Below are positions 36,900 to 51,170 of a DNA stretch of 64,000 nucleotides, piece by piece; position 1 is the first letter of the stretch; every line of letters begins with the position of its first letter. Location of the stretch: contig NW_021836128.1 of assembly GCF_006345805.1 (NCBI RefSeq), forward strand, positions 160,486 to 224,485. The letters are read 5' to 3'. The DNA is from Octopus sinensis. Taxonomy: Eukaryota. The translations under genes were made by a program, and so were the position numbers. Below the pieces are notes generated by a model. That model was not told where the DNA came from and made no database searches. It worked only from the letters and a program-made list of their open reading frames with translations.

Positions 36900-38102
36900 A
36901 AGCACAGTCGTTCCAACATTTAAATTTTCTTCGTCGCATCTCCATTTTCTGTTTTAAACATTTTTTCCCCTGCAATAATTAATTTTTCTGTTTTAAACAT
37001 TTTTTCCTTTGATCTGGACGAATTGATGAAGTCTTTCAAAATTTTATGTTGTGACAAAAAATATCTTTTTAATTGTTCAACTTTCTCTTTTCGTATTAAA
37101 GAGTTTAAGAGATAGTCTTGGTTGAACTCGGGATGTAATGAATTAAAATACCGACAAAGATTTCCTCTTTTAGGTAATTTATTCCCTATCATGCATGTGC
37201 ATTTTTTCATGTGTATCGTAAAAATATAGTCTTCTTCCCATTTGGAATTGAATTTATATGATTTGGACGACTTTTTGTTACACCTCATAAAAAGACACGT
37301 GATACAAAAATATAATTAGCAATTCCTGTCTCCAATCAACACCGTGTCGCTTGCCTCCGTGCAGGTCGCTGTGAAAGCAGCGGTGTCTGGTTAAAGGCTC
37401 TCCCTCTCCCTTCCATCGGGAACCTGTTGGACAAGGAATGCCTAAGAATTGCAATCTCCCTCCGTGTCGGGCTGAAAATCTGCCAGTCGCACAAATGCCG
37501 TTGTGGGGGAACTGTTGACGAGTACGGTTTGCATCCCCTCGCTTGCCGGCGGAGTGCCGGTCGTGCCCCCCGTCACAGTGAACTCAACTCAGTCGTACAG
37601 AGAGCCCTCGCCTCAGCAGGCATCCCGTCTATCCTTGAACCTGTTGGATTGGATAGAGGGGATGGCAAACGCCCTGACGGCATGTCCACCTTCCCCTACG
37701 AGCAGGGGAAATCCCTTATTTGGGATTCTACCTGCTCGGACACGTTCTCGCTGGGAAATCTCGCGCTGTCCGCCGCCAATCCTGGGCACGCTTCCAGGCA
37801 GGCCGAGGAGCGAAAGATTCTCAAGTACGGCCACCTGTCCAACTCGCTGCTCTTTACTCCAATTGCCTTGGAGTCCTCCGGGATCTTCGGTCCCAAGACA
37901 CTCCGCTTCCTTCGCTCGCTCGGTCGACGGATTTCAAGGACTAGTCACGATCCAAGAGAGTTTTCTTGGCTCCTGGAACGTCTGTCGATTGCTGTGATCC
38001 GAGGGAACGTCTTCGCCATTCGCGCGGCTGGTCGGGTGTCTCGTGAGGCCTTTAACTAACTTAGCTATCTGTAATTTTTGTCTTGTTTGTATAAATTTTA
38101 AG

Positions 38103-38135
<33 letters not shown>

Positions 38136-38177
38136 AGCAATTTATATCGAAGGCGATCGACTGGTCAGCCACCACTG
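36900..38177 (-). mobile_element. hAT (Buster/SPIN-like) relic, left end plus N-terminal transposase, interrupted by a CRE insertion
   Basis: Left TIR CAGTGGTGGCTGACCAGTCGATCG starting at 38177; adjacent 8 bp ACTTAATG fits the nnnTAnnn Buster target; ORF FNSKWEEDYIF...KRGNLCRYFNSLHPEF...RKEKVEQLK. Confidence 0.65.
37325..38131 (+). mobile_element. 5'-truncated CRE-clade non-LTR retrotransposon with poly(A) tail and 11-bp TSD
   Basis: Open ORF 37427-38059 with CHKCRCG..H...C zinc knuckle, RPDG, WDSTCSDT, K..KY, ALESSG, RLSIAVIRGN; A29 at 38105-38133; AATTAGCAATT at 37314-37324 and 38132-38142. Confidence 0.9.
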
Positions 38178-38189
38178 ACTTAATGGAAT

Positions 38190-39401
38190 CTAGTAAATCA
38201 GTTCTATCAGATTTGATGCTATTTGAAAAAGTTTTTAAATTTGTACAAAAATGATCCAGAATTTAAAGAAAGTTTTATGTGATGAGGAAAGTTTGAATTA
38301 AAAATGGTTTCAAATTAAAAAAATTCATGAAAACAGTGAATCGATAAATCATGATGAAAAATCTACCGCTGATTTCACAATCAGTTTAAAAATCGAACAA
38401 TATGAATTGTACAATGTTTATAATGAAGTTGAAATCGGTCTTTTTAAAAAAGCGATTCCTTCTAAAAGTGTGTGCATTAAATCAATGCTAGGAATAAAGT
38501 TGTCGAAAAGTCGATTTTCTTTACTATTATTTGCAAACTGTTCCAATTCGGATAAATGAAGGCCTTAGTAATAAGAAGATTCAAAAGTCAAAGGTATTTT
38601 AAAATTTTTAATATTGAAAATTAGATAATCTACACATTCTTTGCTCTGAGTAAATTATCTCATAAGACCATCAAAAAGTTATTCCGTCATGCTCAATAGA
38701 TAAAATGTGAAACAATCACAATCAACAATGAATCTAAGAAGTAAAAATATAATTATGAAGAAATAATTAATAAATTTTTAAATTGATGGTCTAATATCTT
38801 ATAGTGTATTTGGTGATTATAGATATACTGAAAATTAAAAACTAATGGAATTTTTGAAAAAAATCAAAACAAACTGATTCAAAAAAAGTTTAATCAGTTA
38901 GTGAATTTATTTAATAATTAAACTCAGGAAACAATTATTGAACAGGAATCGAATAAGAATAGAGTAAATCTTTCAGAAGCCTTCAGTTCAGAGTTCTAGA
39001 GATTACAACAAGCAAATATTATGGGAATTGGAGAAATGTCCAGAAAATTAAATAAAAACATCAAATTTCTGATTTTTATGAATATAAATGATTTTATATA
39101 TTCACTGAATATTATTCAGTCATTTTCATATAAAAAGAAAAGAAGATTATAAAAACATCAAATCACTAATTATCACACATGTCAACTAAATTATCTATTT
39201 AGAAGTTCAGATCGTCAGTGATTTCCCTTTTTCGCTTGGAAAAAGAATTTTCCACAAAATTCATCTCTTTTTTCATTTCTACGGTAATTTTTTTTTCAGC
39301 TGAGTGTCCTCTTCGATTTATATTTAAGTTCATGTTTCAATTTTAAAATATTATTTTGACTGGTCTAAAAATTGGCGGATTAGAGAGGTTTTAATGCACT
39401 G
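38190..39401 (+). mobile_element. Decayed second copy of the pogo family at 114-1199, with right-end TIR-like sequence
   Basis: 38256-38635 aligns by eye with 578-960 (e.g. AAATCATGATGAAAAATCTA, GCGATTCCTT, GAAGATTCAAAAGTC); GGCGGATTAGAGAGGTTTTAATGCACTG at ~39374-39401 resembles the reverse complement of the left end. Confidence 0.7.
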
Positions 39402-39477
39402 GAATAACTAATGATTAAAAAATAAAAAATGCTTTTATAAATTAAAAATAAAATATTTCACAGTCATAGTTCCCACA

Positions 39478-41890
39478 ATGACAGAATTGATTTGTCCAGA
39501 GCAGCAGAAGGACACAGATCTGCTTATCATTGAAAATCCTCATCTTTCAACCGATTCCGTGGACAATTCTACCTCTAACAAAATAGAATGCAAGTACGAT
39601 TACTTCGAAGCAACCTCCGATCCTCTGGAAAACCAAAAGTATTTCCCAAATTAACAAATTTAGACTCTTGGAAGTCAAAAAATGGCCTTTTCCCGGATCA
39701 TACAAAACTTACAATTCAGAAGAACAAGAACTTTTGAATTTTGTCTCCAACCTTCAGTCTCAGTAGGTCAACTTGTACCCTCAGGCGAGTCCACTCTTCC
39801 TTCTCCCCTTCAACGAATGCAATATAATAGTAATTATGACTCTAAATAAAGAAATTTGTGTCACTGACAATTATCCCGACTCTTCTAAAATACTCCGACC
39901 TGTTTATGTGGGAAGACTGCAGTCGATTTGTGAGCGACTTTCTTAGTTTAGAACTCCTTCCATGTCCTTATAAGTTGGTAAGTGCAACCTACGATTGTAA
40001 GCCAAGGACTTTGTTATCTCCAAACACAGTTTTAGCCCGACAATGTGGCAACTGTTTTGAGTACAGTTCTGTCCTTGGTTCCCTCCTCCTTGGGGCGGGA
40101 TATGACGCATATGTCGTCAGTGGATATGCTTCCAGAGAAGTATGTCAAATGATTGAGAATCACATAAAATATGACCACAATGATCCTTCAGAGGAGGTCG
40201 AGGTATATTTCGTGGATATTAAACCAAGGAGTCCAGCAAAATAACAGCCAAATACACAGTCAAATCTCCACGTACCTTAAGCAGTCAATATGTCAAGTCA
40301 GAGATTGAAAAGGCTAAAGCCAAGAAGGCCAAAGAGGCCGAGAAACTGAGAGAACATGAAAAAAACTGTCAAAAAGAGCGGGAAATGCCACAATTTGATT
40401 CACTTTTTGGACGTCGAATTCATTCTTGGGTGCTGATTTTGCTTGAAAAACGGGAGGTGGTGGAACCCTTCTTTATCGAGCCATTGACGGGGTCGGGAAA
40501 GTCAGTGAAGGACCCGGACTTTGTGGGGATCGAATCAATTTGGAATGACCAGAACTACTGGATGTGTACACACAAACGCCGAGGACTGGAATACTCTTTG
40601 TCCTGTCTAAATTATGATTTGGAGAACACGGAAGTGTGGGAAAAATGTTCCCTTCTGAGGAGACCACTGAGGGTCTCCACTGTGAAGACTTGGGAGAAGA
40701 CCTTGAAGAGTTGATTGAGGAGGACAAGCCTATATTTCGACCAATCAAACTACCCAAATCGTGGTGTCCTCCAATTCGGGTCAATTTAAAAGGTGCAAAT
40801 TCGAGTAGTAAAAATCAGATTATAAAACTCACAATAAAAACTCAAAAAGAATTTTTTACTACAACCGACAGCGAATCGAGACCTTTACTCCATACTCAAT
40901 GCCCGACGGGGTCATTCGGAGGGTCACGACCTTCTCTGACTACGAACGTTGACCGTAGTAATTCACGTGATAGAAAACTGCAAACTCTCGGTCGATGAAT
41001 TCTATAAAAACAGAGTCGATAAACTCGAAAAAAGAACGATTAATCAACAAACCAACACTTTTTGTGAATTCTTCGAATCTGGACGGCCTAGATATCTGAA
41101 GGGTGGTTTAAACACATGTCCCATGTTAGTAGAACACGAATATGGTCCTGCGGAAACGAAAATAATAATGCGATTCTACCACAGGGGACGTCTGGACTGT
41201 CTGACCTCCCGCGAAATGACCGCGAACAAAGTCGTGGAGTACTACGAAGGGAGGGATGACTTCATGCTTTCTAGAAAAGTGGAATATTCCAAAAAAATGA
41301 TAAAATTCCAAACTCCAGGAAACGAGCAAATTCTCCCAAGGACAATTTGGGTTTTTATTTTGATTTATTTTGGAACATTTGCGAAGAGTTTGGTCGGAAC
41401 AGACAATTGGAAGCAGAAGAGGACATTGCCAAGTTGACATTCGACTCAAAAAACAACAAAATCTACGTCGTCTACCACGTAGGGGACGACAAGATTTTCC
41501 CCGGGACACACACCTTCATCAAGACGGCATCTTCTGAAGAGAAAGTATCGGATATATATTTTGATGAAGAAATGCACACAAGTTTCAATGTACATGTTTT
41601 GAATTACGTAATCAGCCCAATCCATCATCAGAGCCCTTCAAGACCTCCCAGATGTATAAACTGCTGCTCAGTCTTGTCCAACACGAGAACAAATCAAAGG
41701 CTGAAATTTATGAATCTGAAAAAGAGGTTCGCCAATTTCGCGGCTATCGTGGTCCAACAGGAGGCGAATCGAGGAGGTTCTACTGGATTTTCCTTATCTC
41801 ACAATCCTTCTCCCCAAGCAGGTTACGAAGGCCTGGTCACCTTGCAAGCAGTAATGATTAAGTCACCAGTTCTGACAAGATTGAGCTAGC
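39478..41890 (+). CDS. DRC7: Dynein regulatory complex subunit 7 (CCDC135); micro-introns, one in-frame TAG and frameshifts
   Basis: KFVSLTIIPT, LLSPNTVLARQCGNCFEYSSVLGSLLLGAGYDAYVVSGYASREVC, GRRIHSWVLIL...FFIEPLTG, GIESIWNDQNYW, FYKNRVDKL, EYYEGRDD, YHVGDDKI. Confidence 0.88.
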
Positions 41891-42639
41891 CACAGACAAA
41901 TATTAATCTTCACAATAGGTCTCAAGTCTTGAGACGAAACATCATAAATCCCTAGTTTGAAATGGAAGGAAGTTTGTAGAAGAGTTTAAAGAAGTTAATA
42001 TAGTCATAGTAGCTATTTTGGTTTCATTTTGTAATTCTATTTTAATGTTAGGAAAGACAACTAGCCATTAATCCGTTATTAGAAATTACATTTTTGACTT
42101 TTCCCTTTCTGGACGTTATTAATTGCAAGCGAAATATAGGCTTGTATTTGGAAATCTGCTAGCTTATTCTAATTGGAATTGAACGAACATGGGTTCTGTC
42201 AAAACCTAAACTGTTGTTATTCAATTACACGTCATTTCCTATTTTAAAATCATATTTTTACCTGTGCTTTATTTTAGACTTCATGTGACTCAATGGCGCT
42301 AAAGAAAGTAATCATTGGACGCGATTAATAAACATGGGAGCAAGAAATGACTGTTCTCCAAATATTTTTGAATTTAGAAATCAGTTTTGCTGTTAAGAAA
42401 CTCTACATACCCTCCAACCAACAGGAACAATCTTCCAAACGTTCAAAGAAGAACGTCAAGTCACGCTCAAACAATGCAGAGTATAGAACATCATCACAGC
42501 TTTATGTAAGAACAATTTTTATGAACGTTCTCTCAAGGCAAACTTTAAAAATGATCCCTAGAAGTATAGCCTTAAAATTACGCAGAAGAAAAAAAATTTT
42601 ATTTAAAAAGAGGCTGTTAGTAGAGGATAAATAAGGACC

Positions 42640-43510
42640 TTCGGCATTCCTGCCTTTTTAGTCCTGGACACACGCTCACCTCTCAGGGAGGCCTTTGAGG
42701 GACAATTCCTGGGTGTCCGAGAGCTCCTCTCGCCATCCTAGGCCATGGGCTAGCCGGATGGCTTGTCTTCTGACTTTCTTGAGCGCGTCAACGTACTTCT
42801 CCCTGTCCTCGCAGAAGTGCTAGACATGAACGTCATAAGTCAACAGGGGTAACACCCCGGCCTTAAACACGCGTAGCCAGGCACCTCTCCGCAAACGGAA
42901 AGCACGCAACGCGCCTAGTCCCTGCACGCATTTTTGTACGTGCAATGTGATCATCGAACTTACCGGACGGCTTGAAAAGCACGCCCAAATAAGTCATCTG
43001 ATCAACTGCAGCGTTTGCTGACCCGTTCAGCAATAACCTAGGAACGTAATTAGTGTAACTGTTGTGACTTTAGAAAAGACCCCCTGATGCCGCACGACCT
43101 GTCCGCGAGATTTAAGGAACCTCGACAGCCAGCGCCTTAGACACGGAAAAACCCCACACGTGGCGAGGGAGCTTCGGAGGCCATTGCCTTTTCAATGTCA
43201 AGACTAACTAACATACCACACTCTTTCTTCTGGAGGGCGCACTTCATCTCCGAGGACACCTTCCATAAGCAGTCGCCGCACGAACGACCCTCCCTGAAGC
43301 CCCATTGGAACTCGGAGAGGGCATAAGCCACCGTCAGCTCCTCCAGGAGCCTTCGGTGCATGATCCTTTCTAAAATTTTAGATACAGCGGGAAGCAAGGA
43401 AATGGGCCTGTATCCCCCGGGGACATCATGAGGCATCCTGGGTTTTCCGATAAGGATTACCTCAGCCACTTTCCATCTAGAGGGAGTCATCCCAAGTCGC
43501 AATTGCCTTG
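42640..43510 (-). mobile_element. Jockey/I-like LINE RT relic abutting the VIRMA 3' end
   Basis: PSRWKVAEVILIGKP...YRPISLLPAVSKILER...QWGFREGRS...SLDIEKA; degenerate thumb region to ~42650. Confidence 0.8.
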
Positions 43511-43557
43511 TCAATCGCAATTGGGGATTTATGTGGAATCTTCCACAATTGCCTTGT

Positions 43558-46500
43558 CTACCATAAAGGACTCCTAGCAATATAACACGGAATGTAAGCC
43601 TTTAAACGAATTGGTCCATAATGTTCTTTCGTCGCCTCTACATTCTGCCGAGAACTGTAAATCTTTTCCAAAAAATCAGCTTTCAATGGCTGCTGGATCT
43701 CTAAAACAGTGATGACGGCACATACTTTAGGAATGTCATCAAACTCATATTCAGGATTAAAATCAAAAAAGGAATTGAGATTTATTGAATGCCCGACCAC
43801 AAACTGAAAATTATTTTTGGACATCCAACCTCTATTTTGGCCTCTAAATGATCAAACCAGTCATAATTCAATTCAAATATTCGCCGAATCGTCAAATATG
43901 ACTCATCTCTGTCACGGGAATGTGCAACGAGACAACCCAGCAGTCGAATGACAGATATTAGCAAATCTATTGAGGAACTATTAAAACAGGAATGATAAAA
44001 GACTGGAAATCAAACCCCAGTAAGTTCATATTACCCAAGGCTCTACAAATAACCTAAATTTGGTTAACTCGAATATCAATCCAGCATTTCCTCTACAAGC
44101 CAGTAACTCAACACTATGAATGGACACATTGACCGAGTCACGTCTTGAGCAGAGAATGTGGTGAATCAGAGCCTGACAAATTCGACCAAAAGTCTTGTTT
44201 ATAAACAGTGGCATCAAATATTGGAAAATCTGAAAATCTTCATAAACACAAAAAAACCTTATTTGATGGAAAATATGAACATAAAGACTCGAAATAAGTC
44301 TAAAATGTTGAAATAAAGTCAAACCGCGGTAATCTGTTGACCCAGATTAGTCATGACCTCATTTCTGGATGGGTCGTCCTCAAATATCCTGACAAGGGTC
44401 AATAAAAACGCTCCAAAAAATGAAGATTCACTACAAAATGTGATCAAACATGACCTTGAATTTAGAAGAAGACACGCAAAACAAGACATTCCAATTTCTG
44501 TCTTTCCAGGAATGGCAACAAACAACTCGAGTGCGAAAAGGGCACAAAGATTCATCGTTTGATCCCCTCGAACCATCAGGTCGTCACCCTCGTTGACAAA
44601 ATCACACACAAGCAACACCAACGACCTACAAATGAAACAAAAGGAGATACCGAATGACAAATGTCCCCATTTCTACACCCAAATCCACAAGTTGACGCAA
44701 AACTCGCAAAAGACGACGTCGAACTGGAATGGAGGACGAAACTGCGTGTTTGTGCACAAAACCAACTTCCAAGAGTTCTGAGCATCTTGCCAATATCCGA
44801 CTTGACTACCATGAGATGTTTTTCCCACGGAAGGCGGAAAGTAGAAGTTTGGACGAGCTCAATTGGAGGGGGCAGTAGAGAGGACAGCAAATTCAGACCT
44901 GGGATGTAATATTCGGGAGAATAGAGCATATTCGAAAGCATTTCCCTCACCATTGTAACCCACATGCAATCTACAGTTAAACAACCCAGAAACCCAAGTC
45001 AGAACAGGTGTCTTCCGAATGGATGAATTCTGTCAGAATGTCAATCACAGTGCAAGTGATCTACTAATTGGAGACAAACAGAATACTTCATTGTTGTTGC
45101 TGGATCCAACCGGAAGGTGAAAAACTAAACTCCAACAACAAAGCAAAGGACAGAAAATGGCCGAATCTTTAAACTAGAGAACATAAAGACTAAAGTCGAC
45201 AACTGGACATCCGCATTCTGACACCTCTCGTACAAAAGTGAAGATAATTTGCAACGTTGGGAGAGCAGGTTCAAAAAATAAGTCATTACTTCTACAGAAG
45301 GGGCAAAGGAAAACCAAGCTGGTTCAGCGATGGTTAGAATATTCTAGAACAATCCAGAAATATGTGAAAAACATTTATCAGTTCGAACAGACAACGGAAT
45401 CCATTAGCAGACACAAAATAAAGAAGAAACGAAAGCCTCTGAAACTTGCTTTGGTTTGCCTCGTCACGATGTTTAGGATTAATGACATCACTGCACATTC
45501 TCATCACACAAAGCAGTCCAAATGGCTGATGTGACAAATTCTGGGAGTAATGTGCAATGGCGGACACAGCCTCGGTCATACACTCATCCTCCGTCCAGTC
45601 GAATCTGCTTATTTGTTGTAGCAATTCCCTTAAACTGGATAAGCACTCATCGTCATCTATATCTTGCATACAACTCCATTACACATACTTTGCTTTAGCA
45701 GAGGCAGAAGCTGACTTGTTAAAAACCTAAAAAAATCTAGCAGACGTAGCCGATTCGATGATATTCGACAAAAAACGACCAAATAACGAGAACAGCCACA
45801 CTCCAGTGACGAGCACTCATTTTCTAAAACAGTTAATCTGATTAATATACCGAAAATCCTCACAAAAAGACTAACAATCAAATCAAAATTATCCTCCATC
45901 TCAAAAACAGCAACCATGGCCTTCCTCCCGTGTGCGTGAGAACACATTTTGAGGATTTTTTCAATCACGTCGGAAAAGGAGTCAATGGCACAATTCTCGT
46001 CTAAAATAAATAAAAACGTAAAAAACCAGAAAGTAAATTTCTCAAATTTTCGACCGAATTGAATGAAGTCGGCAAATTAACTCACAATAACTCGATATCA
46101 ACACAGAACGCGTAGATTCAAAAAAACGAAGATCCACGTCAATAAACGCGTTGAAAAAAGGAGGACACTTCAAAAGAAAAAGCAATCCTTTGTAGTTTGA
46201 AGAAAAAGTCATCAAAAAACTCCAAAACGACCAAACAAAGTCATTTTTATCCTGAAGTAGCAAATGAGGAGAGTTGGAAATGAGACGATCGACACATTCA
46301 AAAACACGACTATTCAAAAAATGATAATTAGTGAAAAGTACAATTCTTCCAAAAGGGTGTGGATTAAACCGAATGAATCAACGTGGATCCCCAAATGAAA
46401 CGTCTTCGGGGAACACAATACTGAAATCTACCAACAAGTAACATCCACTGAATACATTTTCCAACTCAGTTTGAGAGTGAGAATATATTTTGATGAGAAA

Positions 46501-47829
46501 GTCTTTGATAACTTGATGGACATTGTGGACATTTTCCAATTCCTTTGTCATTCCGAGACTTTCTCCAATTGATTTGAGTGCCTACCAAATCTCCAACTTG
46601 GACAGGAGAGTCTGAACAGTTGCTCTTAGCCTAATAGACTGAATAAACATACATCAGGGACCTCGCTGATTGAGTCAAATAAATCTTGAAGAGAAGAATT
46701 GTGCATAGTCAAAATATCAAAGCATTCCGAAGACCGGAGAAGAGTGCTAAATGAAAGGATGAACTTCATCTTCAAGGTGAACGTCAACTCGGATTTTGCC
46801 AACTCATTGAGCCAGATTGAAACCAACGGAGATTTAAGAACACGGACAGCCACAGAATTCCCAGTTTCGGCCAACTGCTCGATTAGAGAAAAGCCTATTT
46901 TTAAAATCTCCGAGCTCTTTGTGGGAATGTCAGTAAAAACCAAGACCAGCCATTCAATCAGTGACTGTGTGCACACTCCGAATCTCACAAACTCAAAACA
47001 TTCGAATTTTGACTTGTCTGACTTTTCAATTCTCTTCAACAAAAACGGCATTTTTAAAATGTAATCTTTACACGATTTTCGATTGAACCTACAAATGGAA
47101 CCAGTTTTTGAATACATTTCGGATTTTAATGCATTTTTGACGAATTCAAAAAAAGAATCAACCTCATTTTGACTAACCAAACCAGAAATATCATCTTTTT
47201 CCTCCAGGGGGGTCAATTGTTCATCAAATGAGTTCAATAAAGCAAAAAACAATTCATTCTGAAATATAAATATGAATATTTACAGTTTGTGGACAATTTT
47301 CCAAGTCTGAGTCATCCTCATTCAATAATATTAACTCTAAAAAGTAGTTTTATTAAAAAAATACTTTTCAAAGCATCGTCAGAAGTATAATTGGGGAAAC
47401 TCTATATAAAATGATTATTTGTAATACATAGTTCATGTTGGGATCTAGTGAGCTCGATCCACATGCTAATCACATTAATTAAAAGACGACTAACGATTGA
47501 CCCTCAACTCTCTGGGAAACTGCGGAGAGGCAATCCCGATTACCACGAGAGTGATGTTCTTGTAGCTTCCTCTCAAGACTAGACAGGTTGTGGGCATCTG
47601 AATTGTGAGGGGAGAATACTTTGTAGTCAATTGTGCTCATAAATGTTGAATTTTGGTCATATTGAACACTAAATCAATCAAATTGTCGACTATACGTGTT
47701 GACAATGAGGAATTCCCGCGTTGCGATATCAAAAACGTGCAATTCAACCAAAAAACTGTTCGGAGATGTGCATCTGAGATTATCACAACAAGAAACCCTC
47801 TTATTCTGTTTGACATCAATGTCGTTTGG

Positions 47830-47830
<1 letters not shown>
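43558..47830 (-). CDS. VIRMA: Virilizer (m6A writer complex subunit), multi-exon, with stops/frameshifts and missing ends
   Basis: VIR_N-like TTCLVLRGSYKNITLVVIG (~47550); LIEWLV..ILKIGFSLIEQLAETG; NYKGLLFLL; HAHGRKAMVAVFEMEDNF; FGLLCVMRM; collinear with VIRMA as recalled; C-terminal RPPSMHVDDF not seen. Confidence 0.7.
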
Positions 47831-49410
<1,580 letters not shown>

Positions 49411-49674
49411 AATTAGGCGGATAAGATTGTTGTCTTTGTGATTTTCAGTGCACATGAAATTTTTTCTGATTTTTTATTGATGCCTATAGTATATCTGTGT
49501 TACTGTATATGACCTATAGTATATCTGTGGAAACTTGAACGTGTGTGGGTTACGGTTAGTTAATAAAATAAGCCCGAACGAGTATATGAAATGGCCAGTT
49601 TATTTACAGAGTTTCTACTGGTTGTACTTGTCGTGACTAATGGAAATGGCAATTTATTTCGGTCTTTTTAGTAT

Positions 49675-49905
49675 TGCGCTGTAAGAACAGTGAAATACAA
49701 GCCTAAATCCCGCTTGCAACCAACAACGTCAAAAAAGCTTTTCAAATTTAACCTCACCTATATAGTCAAAAAAAGTCGATGGTCCGCCAGGCACAGGAAA
49801 GACGTTGTGTGCCCGAGCTGTGGTCAACAGAACGGACGCCTGTTTTATAAGAGTGATATGCTTAAAGTTGGAGCAGAAGTACATAGGGGATATCCGCATA
49901 TTCAC
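49675..49905 (+). pseudogene. PSMC2: 26S proteasome ATPase Rpt1 fragment
   Basis: [38 protein letters not shown], the Rpt1 Walker A region; not in the ORF track; degenerate on both sides. Confidence 0.75.
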
Positions 49906-50559
49906 ATGAGACTTTTTCATCTTTCATTCCTGTAGGACCAATTGAACTGAATTCTCCCCAACTCGGCCAAAGCATCAATTCCCGGTTGAATTTTGGGATT
50001 GGAACCACGCCAACTGTCAGTAATACAGCCAGTCAGTTTGTGGGAAAAGAAATCTATTCGGTCAACTGTAGTCCCTGCAAATGTCTGAGGAGATCCACTT
50101 TTGTTGTAAAACACAAAATGCTGTCCACGACTCGCCTCACTCAGTGAGATCTCGGTGACAATGACAATAATCATATCTATCATAATCCACCCACATTTAC
50201 TCAGAATCTGAGAGAGAGTGTCAATCGGATAGAAGACTAGACTGTTTTCTAACTTTCCTAACGCTCAACTTTTAATCTACCAATAGCTTAGGCATCGGTT
50301 ATAGTAAATGAACCTGATCCACCTATTAAGCATCCCGCATTTTCTTACGATTTTATAAATAAAGTAAGATAGTCATAAATTCATTCATTGAAAACAAGCT
50401 TTAATTCCGAAATTATTCAACATATAATTTTAAAGTTTCAATCGTTACAAATACTTGTACAGCATTAGAGCATGCCACGATTAGAACATGTCGTTGAAAC
50501 ATGCCAATGAGCTTTATATAAATTTCAGAATCCGTTTTCAATTTAAATTCATTGACATT

Positions 50560-51170
50560 TTTCAATAATTTATCATCATCCAAGTAGTATTATCAGAATT
50601 TTATGAATCAATTTCTCGTAGTTTTTTTAGATTATGCTACTTGTTATGTGGCTAAAAAACAATTGACTTTCGAACTTGATTAACTTCATTTGGAACAAAA
50701 ATATTTTATTTAAATATTTTAAACTTATTTCTTAGACCAAGGTCTTTTCTTTGCACAAAACTTGAATATTTTAATGTGTCTTTGTCTGATTCTAATATGT
50801 GACATGGGGAACATGGATTTTATCAGTTATTGACGTCTATAGTCGGTTTTATAATTATAATTGTCATAGTTTTGCTTTTGCTAGGCCACTAATGAATAAG
50901 TTAGGAGTCGAGGTTTTAAAAAATCTTGAGTTTCTATTTTATCTGAATGGTCCCTGTCAGATTCTACAATCCGAGAATGGGACAGAATTCAAAAATATTG
51001 ACATTCGGGTTCTTTGCGAGTTCAAAATTCAACATATCCACGGCAGACCTAATAACCCTAGATCACAGGTTATCTTATGGAATACATTATTTTGTAGGGT
51101 ATAGTCGAACGAATATTCGGTGTATTGCTACAATACAACGATGCATTAGAAAAATATAGAAACCATAGGA
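50560..51170 (+). mobile_element. Second Ginger/KRBA2-like integrase copy with micro-introns, degenerate
   Basis: WILSVIDVYSR|FAFARPL..K...NGPCQILQSENGTEFKN...HIHGRPNNPRSQ|GIVER; introns 50846-50869 and 51069-51097. Confidence 0.8.

Noticed and set aside
24992-39766. Stop-codon reassignment suggested by in-frame TAA in PXK (24992) and TAG in DRC7 (39764)
   Set aside because: Too few cases, accompanied by frameshifts and deletions; TAA/TAG end intact-looking ORFs (RepHel, CRE) and the 1515-codon RepHel ORF has none internally
42250-42634. P-element/THAP9-like transposase relic
   Set aside because: Only a vague resemblance (MGARNDCSPNIFEF); no catalytic motif or TIR found
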